64,000 bases of DNA from Amphiscolops sp. MND2022 (GCA_964187785.1 OZ076413.1:50966001-51030000); one strand, 5' to 3'. Positions 12,221 through 24,345 are shown, numbered from the stretch's first letter. Numbers and translations are program-made. The notes: generated from the sequence alone by a model not told the origin.

Positions 12221-13199
12221 GTTTGCTATTTTTTCTATCGTTTCATCAGTTGACATTAGAATACTTTGTTCTTCGTTTCCTTTTCTTTTTATCGAATTTT
12301 TGCTTCTTTTGAGAAAAATCAGTTCAAAATTGACCTATTTTTATTTAAAACGAAGCGTTTGAAGTTCAGATTCACAGGCTTCTCAAGCTTGTTGTAGTGT
12401 CATATTCTCCACTAACTGTTGAACTAATTGCCAGGTTCAAGAGCCCCCTCAAATTGAATTCATTACCGTTACGCTTCCCTCTTGACATTATTAAAGAGAC
12501 TTGCGTGGATCGAAAACTAGTTTCTTGTCCATATTTGGAATCCATATATGGAGGAAAAATTGACTAGTCGTCGTCTTGAAGAATTTCGTAGAACCGTTTT
12601 TCTTCAATTTTGTGACCAAGATTTTTATAAATAGTAATTTCGTGTTCGTTGAATGTGAGGTTTGCTATTTTTCGATATCAAATAATTCCTGCAGGATGTG
12701 CCATTTCATCCGAGCGAGCGAGACTATACACGTAGAACTTAACCGAAGCTTTTTTGTACCCGGTAATCGGAAGAAATCGCCAAGATTTCCATTTCTGTTG
12801 ATCTGTTCAAATTATATTTTAGTTTATTCGTATGACGGACGCGGTGGAGGATATCTTGTTGAATACCCGTCTTCTTGATTCATTTAAGCAGTTTTTACAG
12901 CGCTTTCATAATTCGCAATGTATTACAAATGGTTTTTCATTGTACAATAGAGAACCCCCTGGAAGCAAAGTAATTTAAACTCACTGTTCAATGTTTTGTT
13001 GACCAGAATATTCGAGGCTTCCATATACTAAGCATCATTTTTTGCTCAAATAAATGTATTCGTTGAAGCCTTGGGCTCTGTTTGAGTTAACATCAAGCTC
13101 TATCAAAGTCAACGCTCTGTTGAATGACAAAATTGGAAGTTCTGAGTACCAACAAGCTGGAAACGCCCCCGCTTAATGATCAAAAATTGTGAAGTTTTT

Positions 13200-14324
13200 A
13201 ATATTTCTGCTTTAGCAGGAATATTATTGAAATCTGGAAGCGTCTACTTTTTTTTCAGAACAATTTTTCGGACGATCTGAATAATTCAGATGTTTTGTTC
13301 GGCAGTGAGTGTAAGCGAGAGATTTAAATTCAATTCTAGTGCGATGGAACGAGCGAGTGGTAATTATCCATTCGTATGCTGACGTCATTGAGATGAAGCG
13401 AGCGAATGTTCGTAATTGTGCTTTCGTTGCCCCGAGTTATTGAGATGAAGCGAATGAGTGTTAATTATTCGTTCTCGGAGAGCTTCGCCTGCATTCAAAT
13501 ACGAATGCGAAACTTCGTCTACGCTTAGTAGTTATATTTTCTTTAGTCCGAGAAGAATTAAAGGCGGTGTAAACTTGTACAGTGATTACATGTAATTGTG
13601 CCTAAATAATGATTAACCCCAATGAACCTAGTGATGCTTTAAAGCAGCCTACCTTTTTTTCCAAATTCTGATTCCCTTTGCCAGTAGCCCATTTTCTCTA
13701 GCAGTTTGTTTTCAACAAGTAATTGGTACCTAGATTGATTTGAATGGCACAAGCATTAGAAAAAGGTAATATATCTCCAAAGCTGAGAATAAGGGTTTTT
13801 TGCACAAAAAAAGAGTTATATTTTCTCAAAATTCAGATTTTGACGAAATCCTGTTTTCTCAAAAGTTTTTGATCAATATAAAAAACCAACCACATACCCT
13901 TCCACAACAAGTCCTGGTGCAACAAACCCCTATAATATTCTGTTGTTACTACAAGCCCCCGCGTAGCGGGCCGCACGAAGTGCGAAACTGCCGCGAAGCG
14001 GCGGTACCGGAGAAAGAGACTAAAATTCTGAAGGAAGGGGCGCGCGGCGACAGGGGCTCACCTGACTAAAATGAAAGCCCAATATCAGACCTTTCAAACG
14101 CGCTATAGCTCGTTCCTCTGGTACGGGTAGTTGTGGTGATGATTGATGATTGAATTTTTTTTGGCAAATTTTTTGAAAATTTTGAAAAACGCCCAGGTCG
14201 ATTGGGGTTAAACAAGAGTGTATTGGTATTCCAGATATGATTCTTTTATTAATGATTTTTTTTGTTTCCAAAAAAAATAAAGATTAAAGCAGAAATAGTA
14301 CTGAGCCCCGGAGGGGCCTATTTT
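13200..14324 (+). mobile_element. Family 2 Helentron-like copy interrupted by a piggyBac-type MITE
   Basis: Colinear with 10512-10897 on both sides of the TTAA insertion site (TAATGATTAA | ...GAGTG.ATTGGTATTCC). Confidence 0.6.
13617..14207. mobile_element. piggyBac-type MITE
   Basis: TTAA on both sides (13613-13616, 14208-14211). Imperfect terminal inverted repeats (TIRs) CCCCAATGAACCTAG / CCAGGTCGATTGGGG. Confidence 0.8.
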
Positions 14325-14699
14325 TCAAATCGTTAAAGAATTGTTACTGAAATTTTAGTTTAGTGCCAAAGAAACTCGAGGACCCTTCGGGCTTGAAATA
14401 GCTTTCTTTTATTTGAATACCAAAAAAACTAGAACGCGAATTTTTATGTGGAATGAAAAATCTAGTCAAACATTACCGAAAAATCCACATATAAACGTGA
14501 AATTCGAAGAAAAGTGTCGAAAACATGAGAGAGGAATCTTTCAATCATTCGTCCCTCTTTAGACCTTAGCCGTATTGTAGAACTGTAATGGTCACTTCGA
14601 CTTTAACGGCCGCTTTTATTCTATAAAACGCCGACTAACAAATGGAAGTTTCAACTTGACTTCCTGATTGATGATACTCAAGTGCTTCAATTTATACAG

Positions 14700-14769
14700 G
14701 ATGCTACAGTGGGCAATATTCTGAAGAAACACTTCGATGCAAAGAAGACAGTGGCCGCCATTTGTGCCG
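14700..14769 (+). CDS. PARK7: DJ-1/PARK7 exon 4
   Basis: DATVGNILKKHFDAKKTVAAICA-G carries the nucleophile-elbow Cys (Cys104 here, human Cys106). GTGAGT donor. Confidence 0.95.
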
Positions 14770-14841
14770 GTGAGTGAATGTTGAGACCAATTTCATCCCG
14801 ATGGGGGATGTTGAAATCATTGACTGTGTTGCTTCTTTCAG

Positions 14842-14980
14842 GTCCCACTGCGTTTTTGGGACACGGCATTGGGAAGGGGAAGAAAGTGACGTCATACCCG
14901 TCGTTCCAGAGTAAAATGGAGGCTGGAGGCTACTCTGTTTCAACCGACAGAGTTGTCGTTGATGGCAATTTAATCACAAG
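14842..14980 (+). CDS. PARK7: DJ-1/PARK7 exon 5
   Basis: TTTCAG acceptor, PTAFLGHGIGKGKKVTSYP...DRVVVDGNLIT-S, GTAACT donor in phase 2. Confidence 0.95.
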
Positions 14981-16152
14981 GTAACTCCGCTATCGTAGTT
15001 CGAACTCCGGTGTTTTAAGATGGAATAGTATTGAAACTGGGAACCAATTTATATGTAGCTTATTTGAAATTGTTTGCGTACTTGCAGGGTTGTGAAAAAT
15101 TTGCAGGGCTGGGAATTAAGTATTTTAGTGACCATTCAGCGCAAATTGCTCCTAAACTACTCAGAGCTCTTGAATTTCATTATTTCGTTTTGAGAGATTG
15201 TTGTTTGAAGTCTCTGGGAGCAAAATTGGCCTTCAGGTAACAGTTTTAGGTGTTTTCGATTGGATGAAATGAATGTTTGTTGCTTTTATAATCATTTTCC
15301 AGATGTCTACAGTCTATTATCTGCTCTAAAGATGTTTCTACCTTCTAACATTGACAATTCTACTGGACATTTACTCTTTCTGAGAATTAATTCCTTTGTC
15401 TCAAATAACATCAAAGCTGTCCCCTTTGATAAAGGTATGGTCTTTTGTCTAATTTTGCAAGAGACTTACTGGAAAAAACTTTCAGACATCTTATCCGATA
15501 AACAGTTCGCTAAAGTGGAGAAAATCGGACCAAAAAACCCCACCTACACAATAGAAGACCGAATAAACAGGGAAATGAAAAGAATGGTAGATCAAAATGA
15601 CATTGACGAGGAACTCTACAAGACACTGAGATGTACTGGCTCCCAACCGGTACGGCTATACGGGTTGGCCAAAGTACACAAAGAGGGTACCCCTTTGAGA
15701 CCAGTACTCTCGCTTCCTGGGAGTCCCTATGAAAAGTTGAACAAATGGTTGGCCAAATTATTCGACAACATCCCGGGCGCCAACATTGAAACATCATCAC
15801 TGTCAATAAGATGCTGAGAGATACACAATTGCATGAAAACGAGACGATTTTCTCTTTGACGTTAAAAGTATATACAAACGTCCCTGTACACGAGGCTATT
15901 GAGATAGCGTGCGAAAAAACCTATGAGGTAGAAAGAGAAAAGCCAAACATGTCCGGAGCAACCCTCAAAAGGATGATGGAACTAGCGGCGACGGATATGT
16001 GTTTCATGTGCGGAGACCATTAGTACATCCAAAAAGATGGAGTCGCAATGGGAGCAGCTATGGCGGTGATTTTGGCGAACCTCTGGCTCAAACAGTTTGA
16101 AAGTACTATTGCAAGTGACTCAAAAACGTCCTCAATTGAAATGAAACCATTT

Positions 16153-16294
16153 TGTGGTAAATGTCAGAAGATCGTCACAAAAAGGTTACTCGATACAGTG
16201 CACGATGTGCCGTTCCTGGTTCCACCGGGCATGCTCCCCTTTCAGCGTGCAAGAGATCAAAAGCATGTCTGAATCAGAATGGCACTGTGGATGC
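16153..16294 (+). other. PHD-type zinc finger coding segment inside the Penelope-like RT
   Basis: CGKC-x12-CTMC-RSWF-H-RA-C-x15-WHCGC across a 1-nt frameshift in the A-run near 16180. Confidence 0.75.
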
Positions 16295-17332
16295 CCTGTC
16301 CCGCCTGATCAAAATGAACCTGTAATTTTTGCTAGATATGTCGATGACATTATCAGAAGTGCTCGGAAGGACGACATCCCCGATATACTCAAGAAAGTAG
16401 ATTCACTTCACCCAAATTTACAGTTTACGACCGAGTATCCGGGCAGTTTCTCGATATCCTGCTTGGACTTGAATGTTAGGCTTGATGATGGAAAGCTGTC
16501 AACGGGTTGGCATCAGAAACCCACTGATACAGGCATACTTTTGTCCTTCAGTTCTTTGGCTCCTACACAATACAAAAAGAACATCGTCGAAGGTACAGTT
16601 CATCGCATATTCAACGCGACGTCTTCGTGGCAACTATTTCACCAAGGACTGGCGAAAGCGATGACGACCTGGGAGAATACCAGTATCCCCCCAATTTTCT
16701 CACCCGATCGTTAGACGCTGTCTCGTAAAACTCTTGTCAACCGTTGAAAAACCTGTGAGCAGATGCAACAGAGACCATACCGCGAGTAAAATCTCCCGCT
16801 CATCCTGCAGTACAGGGGAGAAACAAGCAACCAACTGGCCAAAAAACTCAAGAAAGTGGCTGAAATTCCAGTCATATTCACAATGAGGAAAATGAAGACA
16901 GCATTGCCTTCGCTGAAATCAAAGATTCCGAAAACCCTCATGAGCCGTGTTGTATACCAGATCAAATGTCCTGGATGCAATTCGAGGTACGTCGGGCAGA
17001 CGACCCGCCACCTTGCAACACGACTCCATGAGCACTCTCTGGTATCTAGCCATGTTTGCTCTCATCTCAAATCTGGACAGATTATGGAAAATGCATCCGT
17101 AAAAATTTTGGATAGAAGCAATCGCCCAACCAAGTTGCTGACCCTCGAGGTGCTCCACATATCCAGCCTGCAACCGGGCATTAATCAGAGGGAAGAGTAC
17201 AGATCACGGGAGCTCACCCTACGGGTGTAAAGAATTCTCTTTGTGCTTTTAGCCTAGATTAATAACTCTATTTTTGCATTTTGTTTTCATGACATACACT
17301 CTTAGTGTAAATACTTCGTTTTCATATATTTT

Positions 17333-17381
17333 TCAGAATTGATGATGATATTAATTGTCGAAAACGTGTTTCACCACTGAT
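17333..17381 (+). ncRNA. Degenerate minimal hammerhead ribozyme of the Penelope-like element
   Basis: (T)TGATGA, stem II GATA/TGTC, GAAA, short stem III AAC/GTT, TC, with TCAG/CTGA flanks. About 100 nt downstream of the GIY-YIG stop. Confidence 0.45.
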
Positions 17382-18119
17382 TGTTTTCTATTATATTATA
17401 TCCTTTGTATTAAGCTTAGGTAATTTTCCAATTTAGTTTTTTCTGCTCAATTTCAATTCGAAATTTTTTCGCGGCTTATCAGTGGATAATAAGCATTCTT
17501 CAGGTATATTAAACCAAATATTGCATCAATTTTATTCACTTTAAATGTGAACAAGTGAGTGCTTCATCCAAACATCAGTATGAATTTTTCGAATTTAAAA
17601 TTTTTTTTCGGTAAGTCGCAGAGTGTGGAAAATCCGTAAGGGCCCAATATGCTCGGTAAGCGCTTTGTTTCTGCCAAAAATCAATGTGGTTTTCGTTTGA
17701 AAATCAGGATTAAAAAGTCGCATTGTGTCGAAAAAAACCAAACCCTTCAGTCTTCCCTGCACTTTTGCATAAAAATTGCGAAGCCTCCTACTTCCAAGGT
17801 CCAATTACAACAAACTCGCGTTAACCTGCAAGCTAATTGGCATCCTGCCCGGCGTATAAATTGAAGTGAAGTTATCGAAGTTATGACAGAAACTGGGGAG
17901 GAAAAGATTCTGCAGCTAAACTGAAGAGTTTTTGTTTAAGAACGAAAAATAATGCACTGAAAGCTTTCTGACTGTCTTCAAAGGAGTGAATGCAGAAAGT
18001 CGCAACCACTCATTAGTATTCTACATTATTAAAGTGAAAAGATCTGTTATTCATCAGTCAAGTTACAACTTTGAAAGTTCAGAATTTGGGTTCTTCAAGT
18101 AAAACCTATACGTTTGCAC

Positions 18120-18560
18120 TAGAGGTGTACCGGACAACAAGTCCGGTCCGGTATCCGGCCGGATTTCAGGAAAATGTCCTGTCCGGTATCCGGCCGGATT
18201 TCAGGGAAATGTCCTGTCCGGTATCCGGTCGGACTTTCTACAATGTCAGGCCGGATATTATCTTAAAATAGTCATCTTAAAAATTCGGAATATCTAACTT
18301 AGAAAAGTGTATGTGCATCGAAAAATTGAATTTGTGACTGTGAATCAAAATTCAGTAAATTATGGCGGAGGGAAAATAGTTTTTCACCGCTCTGTGGTAA
18401 AAGCCTGCTTCGTTTTTCGTAATGGTCGTTGCCCAATTCTGAAAACAGCCCTTCATAGCTTACAATTGAGGATAACGTCCGGTCCGGCCGGTATCCGGCT
18501 TCAATCAGTCCTGTCCGGTTGTCCGGCCGGACGGAACTTTTCCTGTCCGGTGCACCTCTA
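18120..18560. mobile_element. hAT-type MITE
   Basis: TIRs TAGAGGTGTACCGGACA / TGTCCGGTGCACCTCTA, 8-bp TSD GTTTGCAC (18112-18119, 18561-18568), subterminal CCGGTATCCGG repeats at both ends. Confidence 0.88.
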
Positions 18561-18714
18561 GTTTGCACTTAATTTTTTGGTTTTAATGGCAACTTCGCAT
18601 CCATTGGTTGAGATTATATGTATTCGATCGGATCTTCGTTGCTTATTTATCAGGGATTGAATCTCGGGAGACCTGTCATTTTATTTTTTAACGAACACCT
18701 TTTCTGTTTTTCAG

Positions 18715-18823
18715 CCAAGGACCAGGAACTGCTTTCGAGTTCGCTTTTGCAATAATACAAGCACTTGAAGGTGGCACCAAAACGGTTGAGTCCCTCAAAT
18801 CAGGCATGCTGGTCAAATGCTGA
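18715..18823 (+). CDS. PARK7: DJ-1/PARK7 exon 6 (terminal)
   Basis: TTTTTCAG acceptor, S-QGPGTAFEFAFAIIQALEGG...GMLVKC*. Completes a 187-aa protein. Confidence 0.95.
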
Positions 18824-19140
18824 TCTAACGAATGAAATCCTAAATTGAACTGGATGCTCAGAAATGCATCACTGATTGATTAATACAAGAGGACTTCGTG
18901 GCCAATTGAAACTGCCGGTGCGCGCTTCTGCTGAATTAACCAAAACGTTACCAAGAAGTAACTTGAGTGACTTGAGTTTAAAAATTGATCAAATGTAGTA
19001 AATCAGTTCGATGAATTTAGTTCTCCCTAACTTCTTTATGTTTCAAGAGTTGAAAAACTGTCCACTGTCATCAATTTATATGTTCGTTTCTTGCTGCTGT
19101 TTACAATGTGCAGGTTTGCTTTTGAAAAAATATATTTCAG

Positions 19141-21077
19141 TGTAGAAATTTTTGCTAGAGGGTCGGAGAGAAATCCCAAAGGCTCGATTCTAACAGAAAG
19201 GTTTAGTTTTTAGTGAGTAAGTTTCGTCCACGTATCGCGTATTCTTTTCACAAAGTCTCTCCGGTGCTCAAGTTTCGACTCCAAAACACTATGGAAAAGT
19301 TACTTGCAATTAATACTCTAATTCAGGAATTATTTGGATATAACAAGTCGAAGATTTCCACAGTATATAAACTCTCAATCAAATAACAATAGCACAGCAG
19401 GTGAATGAATTATATACAATAACTCGACAAGACTGTGCCAGAATCACGATTCACTCAAAGATTTCCAAGTCCCGGACTTGTAACTTATTCGCTGCTCTCA
19501 CAAAGCAGTTAAGTCAAACTCGATCTCGAGTAGGTTTCTTGCCCGCACGCGGCTCAACTTACTCTTAACTTCGTAATCGTTCTTCTGTCTCAATTCGGTC
19601 TCCTTTTCCCTCCCTAAGATATTTATTCATCAGCCGCATTTTTGTTGTACCGATGTCGCTCTTTTATTTGCATGCTTTTATAAATCATGTAATTTCATTC
19701 CTTTTATGGCATGGTAGCGCCCTAGTCATATTTCGGCCAGACATACTTCGCCGCCAACGTCAAGTAATTCACATCTTGTCCGAAGTCCACATTTCAATAA
19801 AAATTCAAGTCACCCGAGATATCTTTAACATCGAAGAAATCGCTCAATGACCTTCAACTACATGGTTTACATGCTTTCTACGTGTAAGGGGTACTTTTCT
19901 GTCATTCTGAGTGCAATACATCGCGAATCGTTCCGCCTGACTGAAATGCATAAATTATCGCTTAAAGACACTGATTTACATGTTTTATTGTACGTTTTCC
20001 TATAGGTTCCGGGGTTACATCTAAAATGACCTTGAGGTCCATCTGTGACCTTGAAGTTATTTGTCATCATCTAATGTCACTACATGCCAAGTTATATCGT
20101 CCTAGGGTCAATGGTTCCCGAGTTACATGATATGCGTATCGTTTGTTTACTTAAGGCGGTTACCCCCGCATGGGTTACAAATACGGTTTCATTCACATTA
20201 AAAATCGACTACATTCATTATTCCGGTTCGTTTGAGATATTACAAGCCAAGGTCAACGTCTTTTATCGGTCGGGCCCGCGCGTCCGGTCCCGCGTGCCTT
20301 AAACAAACATTACTCCGCTCGCGGTGGACCGATCAATGTATCTTTCATGTATTTTACTTAGGGTTACTAGCTAAACATCTTGGGTAAGTTTCGTGATCTT
20401 CGGGCCATCCGGTGGCTATTTACATAACATTTGAGGTTTATTTACATAGGGTCCGTGCTCCTCCTACGCGCGTCGTAGGTTTCCGAAAATGTGCGCAAAC
20501 GGCTTAATATCCTATGGGCTATCAATTCCATATACAATACGACTTACTCCGTGCTTGGTCGACGAGTTCGTAGGGGGGTCGACCTAGGTCACTTCCGGTG
20601 CTAATAGCCCGGGACTGGGGGGTCTCGGCTCGGTTCTGTTTTTATAGGCGCGTAGCATAACACCTCAGGTATACGTGTGCCAAATTTCAGGTCTCTACGA
20701 TAAATAGTCTTTGAGAAAATCCCGACTGGGGGGGGTTCGCCGGTTTTGTCACACTTGGTTTTCCCGGGTGGTATCTTAGAATATTTTCGCTTGGAAGTGG
20801 GACTTAGCAAAATTCGCTCCAAGTGGTCGATTCTAACTTAGCTGATTCGAACAATTTCGTTGTTGACGTCGATTCTATCTTACTCAAACAATCAAATTTA
20901 CTCTTTCTATTATTCGTATACCAAAACCATTAACGAAATACGTCTACTTCGCCTTTTCAGCTGTTTTCACCATTCCGACGGTTTTTAAAACGTGATTAAC
21001 ATAGTTCTGCCTATCGTATGTACTTCGCGCAAAAATGATGGGATTTTTCTAAAACGCCAAAATCTAAAAATTCTACA
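19141..21077 (-). repeat. 3' LTR (1937 bp)
   Basis: TGTAGAA...TTCTACA. About 7 substitutions versus 25766-27702 by manual count. Confidence 0.95.
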
Positions 21078-21089
21078 CTCTTCCCTTTT
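21078..21089 (-). promoter_or_regulatory. Polypurine tract
   Basis: AAAAGGGAAGAG abutting the 3' LTR on the minus strand. Confidence 0.85.
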
Positions 21090-21304
21090 GGACTTTTATT
21101 CTCCCGAATAAACTTAGCGGTATTGTCATTGGCTGAATCGTGGGATCTAGGTTAAACATATATAAATGTGGGGGGAGGATTCGGGATTGGTAAAAATGAT
21201 TTCGGACTAAAAAATAACACCGATCGTTGATAATATGTACAGTGTTCCTGAAGGAGTATAGCATCGAATAAAAAAAACAATTAAAATATCAAATAAAACA
21301 TAAC

Positions 21305-21607
21305 TCATTTGCGCACCAGGGGAGGTCGAAGAAAGTCAACCATATACTCGAGCAGACTGATGACATCCTCAATTTCTTGATTTTCCTGGTGGGTTCGTAT
21401 TATGGCCCAGTCATATAAAAAATCGAATAAAATATTCCACAGCAATGTCCTCGGAGGTATTGTAATTACTTCTTGACAATAGAGATCACGACAGAAAATG
21501 TCAACGACGATAGGTTCTCCATCGAACCAGCATCTAATCCGATCCAATCTTACCGGTCTGGTTCGGTCCGGTAGGGGCCAGTCAAAGAAAAGTTTTCTGG
21601 AAGCCAT
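21305..21607 (-). CDS. Hypothetical 100-aa protein in the 3' (env-position) region of the LTR element
   Basis: ATG-initiated, protein-like composition, ATG immediately preceded by TGCATAG (possible acceptor). No recognised motif. Confidence 0.35.
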   Translation of the reverse strand: MASRKLFFDWPLPDRTRPVRLDRIRCWFDGEPIVVDIFCRDLYCQEVITIPPRTLLWNILFDFLYDWAIIRTHQENQEIEDVISLLEYMVDFLRPPLVRK

Positions 21608-21977
21608 CTATGCAATTGCAAGAACAATAGGTATCAAACGACGGGTAATTCTTTATGATAGATGCGTTTCTTTATCCAACTTTTATTTAGAGAGCCATTT
21701 AGAGGGTAAACAAAGATTTTCCTGTGGTCTTATTCTATATCGGCAATTCGGGTACGGACTTTCATGGTTCCCTACTTGCTTGCTTAGTTATTCACGATTA
21801 GACGTCGTCAAAGAATCATAATTAAATGAAGTGGGATTTTCGTCGTTGGAAGTTTTGTTTACTCGACATATTTACTCTTTTACCACAGTCAACTTTCGCC
21901 AGCTCGGAGTTTCGGTACTGCTTAATTATACATCCATACGCTTTCCTCTACGCCTAAATCAAAACGAGAATAACAAC

Positions 21978-22292
21978 ATGGCACAAGGTCCATTCCTATT
22001 GAGTCTGTATTGGGAATCTCAGTACTTCCGCGTGGTGTTCGAGATCTTCCGTATGGAAATTGCAGAGCATCACGAGGTCCAGCTGACCGTGGAGGGCGAA
22101 TTGGGCGCGTTATGTCTGGACTACCTTAGCCCTGGTTGGGTAGAATTCGTCATCTTCCTGAGGAACCTCGCCACATCGGAGATTGGTCTGGTGGGAGTGC
22201 AAAAACTTCGTCTCCTCATTGCCCGCCAAAAACTCTGGGTGCTCTGCGGGAGCCAACCCCTCCACATTTCTTACTTTAATTCATCCGTATAA
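21978..22292 (+). CDS. Hypothetical 104-aa ORF antisense to gag
   Basis: AACAACATGG start context and GC-richer than its flanks. No recognised motif. Confidence 0.3.
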   Translation: MAQGPFLLSLYWESQYFRVVFEIFRMEIAEHHEVQLTVEGELGALCLDYLSPGWVEFVIFLRNLATSEIGLVGVQKLRLLIARQKLWVLCGSQPLHISYFNSSV

Positions 22293-23063
22293 ACATCATC
22301 TGTCATCATCGACTTCCTTCGTTAAAATTGAAATACAGTATTCATAGCTCTCCCTCTAATTTGAGAAAGTCCCCTTTAATGCTTACGAACGAGTACGATT
22401 CAGGGTTCGGTCGAGTCTTCTAGGCCCCCTTTAAAGAAAAGGGTGCAGGGGTCAAAGAATGTAACAAAAAAATACTGCACAAAACTATATCAAAGCAAAT
22501 CTGGGGGCTACGATTCATCACTAGGTACAAAACGCTGATTTTGCACCGCATCATTAACTCGGGGTAGTCATTTTAGGGAGGGGAGGTCGATTGATCGTAG
22601 ATAAAAAATATATATATATATAGTCAAGGCGGGACACCGCTTTGATAGAAGAGTATCTCAGGGCGATTAAAACATGAGACATACTTTCTTTGGAAGGGGG
22701 AATCCTCAGGAACAGGTCTCGTTGGGTCGTGAAAATTATACGCAAGAACATGCCTTGAGCCTTGGGGGGGGGTTACATTGTTTCGAGGCGCCGTTGTTTT
22801 AGTAATACCCCAAATTCTGATACCTAGCACTGCTAATTCAAAATTCTTTCTTCCCTTCTGCTCGCTTCGAAACAACGTCACAGGGGGGTTTTAGGTGTTC
22901 ACGGGTGGCGCGTTACCTGATTTATAAAAAAAACAAAAACAAAAAAATCGTAAGATTAAGGAAAGTTTCACTATGTTTCGTAAAGTCGTCAAGCCGAATC
23001 GAAGTTTCGGGTCAAATACATCTAACCAAAGACACGTCAATCTCCCGAAGTGATAGTTGTTCT

Positions 23064-24345
23064 TTAAGCCATCATCTTTTCACGTTTGTACGGTCCAGTG
23101 GTATCCGGCTGAGCCGCTCCGCGTTTGACTGACCACAATCCTGCATTCTCGCACCTCTTGTGCCGGAGAGACCGCAACCCTCGCTCCTTGAACTTTCCCA
23201 GTTCTGATTGTTGGTTCCTGTCGAACCAGTCGTCAATGTACTCCGAGCTGGAAGGTGTCGGCGAAGGGCGTTCTCCCCTTCTGCTTCCAACTTCTTCGAC
23301 GTCAGTCTCGCAATTGGGAGTCGGGTTCTGCTGAGGGACTACATACACTGTAATAGCTACGTGACTCCCTTTGAAGACGTCTTTAATTAGGCTTCGTATT
23401 TCACTCCAATTCAGTTTATCCAACCCACAGCCCATCCTCGGCAGGCCTATTCTGTGGACCCCAGACCACTCCGCGTGAGTTCTCATCTGTTGCAGCGACG
23501 TTTTCACGGATTCGTAGGTCGGTTTCTCGAAGTATCGTTGTTTGGTGACCAAGTGATACACGTAACGACGTTCTCCTTCAATCCACTGCGCAAAAACTGG
23601 CTGTCTCTTGTGGTTGACATCCTTTGGATAAGTAGTGGGATACCTCGTTTTGACTTGCTTGGCAACTCCGACCCCCATGTGGAAATCTGCCGAAACACAG
23701 TGAGCCAAACAACCTTTGGACGAAAATAGGTCTCCCTCGATCTCTTTGTACTTCAGGTTTCCGCGTTCAACGTCGACGTCATCATCGCCAAAAAGTGTAG
23801 TCTGTCGAGGTTTCAGGGTAGTAACGATGGAGCATCTGCTGCGATCACACCTGTACTTAGACTCTGTTGTCGATACCATGCGGAAATCAGCATTTGCGTC
23901 GACTATCATTGCGTCCCAGCGCCTTGGTGGCGGTTTCTCTCCGGAATCCCAGCTTGGATTCCTGCTCTCGGGAGCGCTCAAGTGCTGAGTGGAGGATGCC
24001 GACCGTGAGGGTTCAGTCTCCACGCTTTCAAGACTGTCACTGGGGCTTCGCTGGTACCAACTTCCTCCGTCTTCGCCCCATTGCGATGTAACAACTCTCA
24101 TTTTCAGCGGTTCTGGGGACAGAGGAGGTATGGACAGTTCGTCTCTCCCAAAGTCAAAAATCATTCTATGCTTTTTCACGAAGTTCAAGTCTAGAATAAC
24201 GGATGGCTCGCAGTGGGGTACCACCACAAATTCTTCCTGCTCCTTCAAGGGTCCCAGCTGCAAATTCAGTCGGGTTAATCCTTTAGTCGTCACTGGTTGA
24301 CCGTCTACAGACCGCAACTCTCCATGAAATTCTTCGACCGCATCG
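23064..24345 (-). CDS. Protease C-terminal half, linker and TARG1/OARD1(Poa1p)-like macrodomain, in the -1 frame relative to gag
   Basis: LRSVDG...FVVVP..EPSVILDLNFVKKH. Macrodomain at about 23337-23756: GDLF, LAHCVSADFHMG.GVA, YVYHLVTK.RYFEKPTY, PRMGCGLDKLNW, ITVY. Confidence 0.88.

Larger units (their letters stand above)
15290..17400 (+). mobile_element. Decayed Penelope-like element (RT plus GIY-YIG endonuclease) in DJ-1 intron 5
   Basis: RLYGLAKVHKEGTPLRPVLS, YTNVP, QKDGVAMG, RYVDD, LHPNLQFT, QKPTDT, then VVYQIKCPGCNSRYVGQT.R.L..RL.EH. Several frameshifts and stops. 5' boundary is approximate. Confidence 0.92.

Noticed and set aside
19653..20822. Short ORFs repeated at +6625
   Set aside because: They recur only because they lie inside the LTRs and have no protein motifs.
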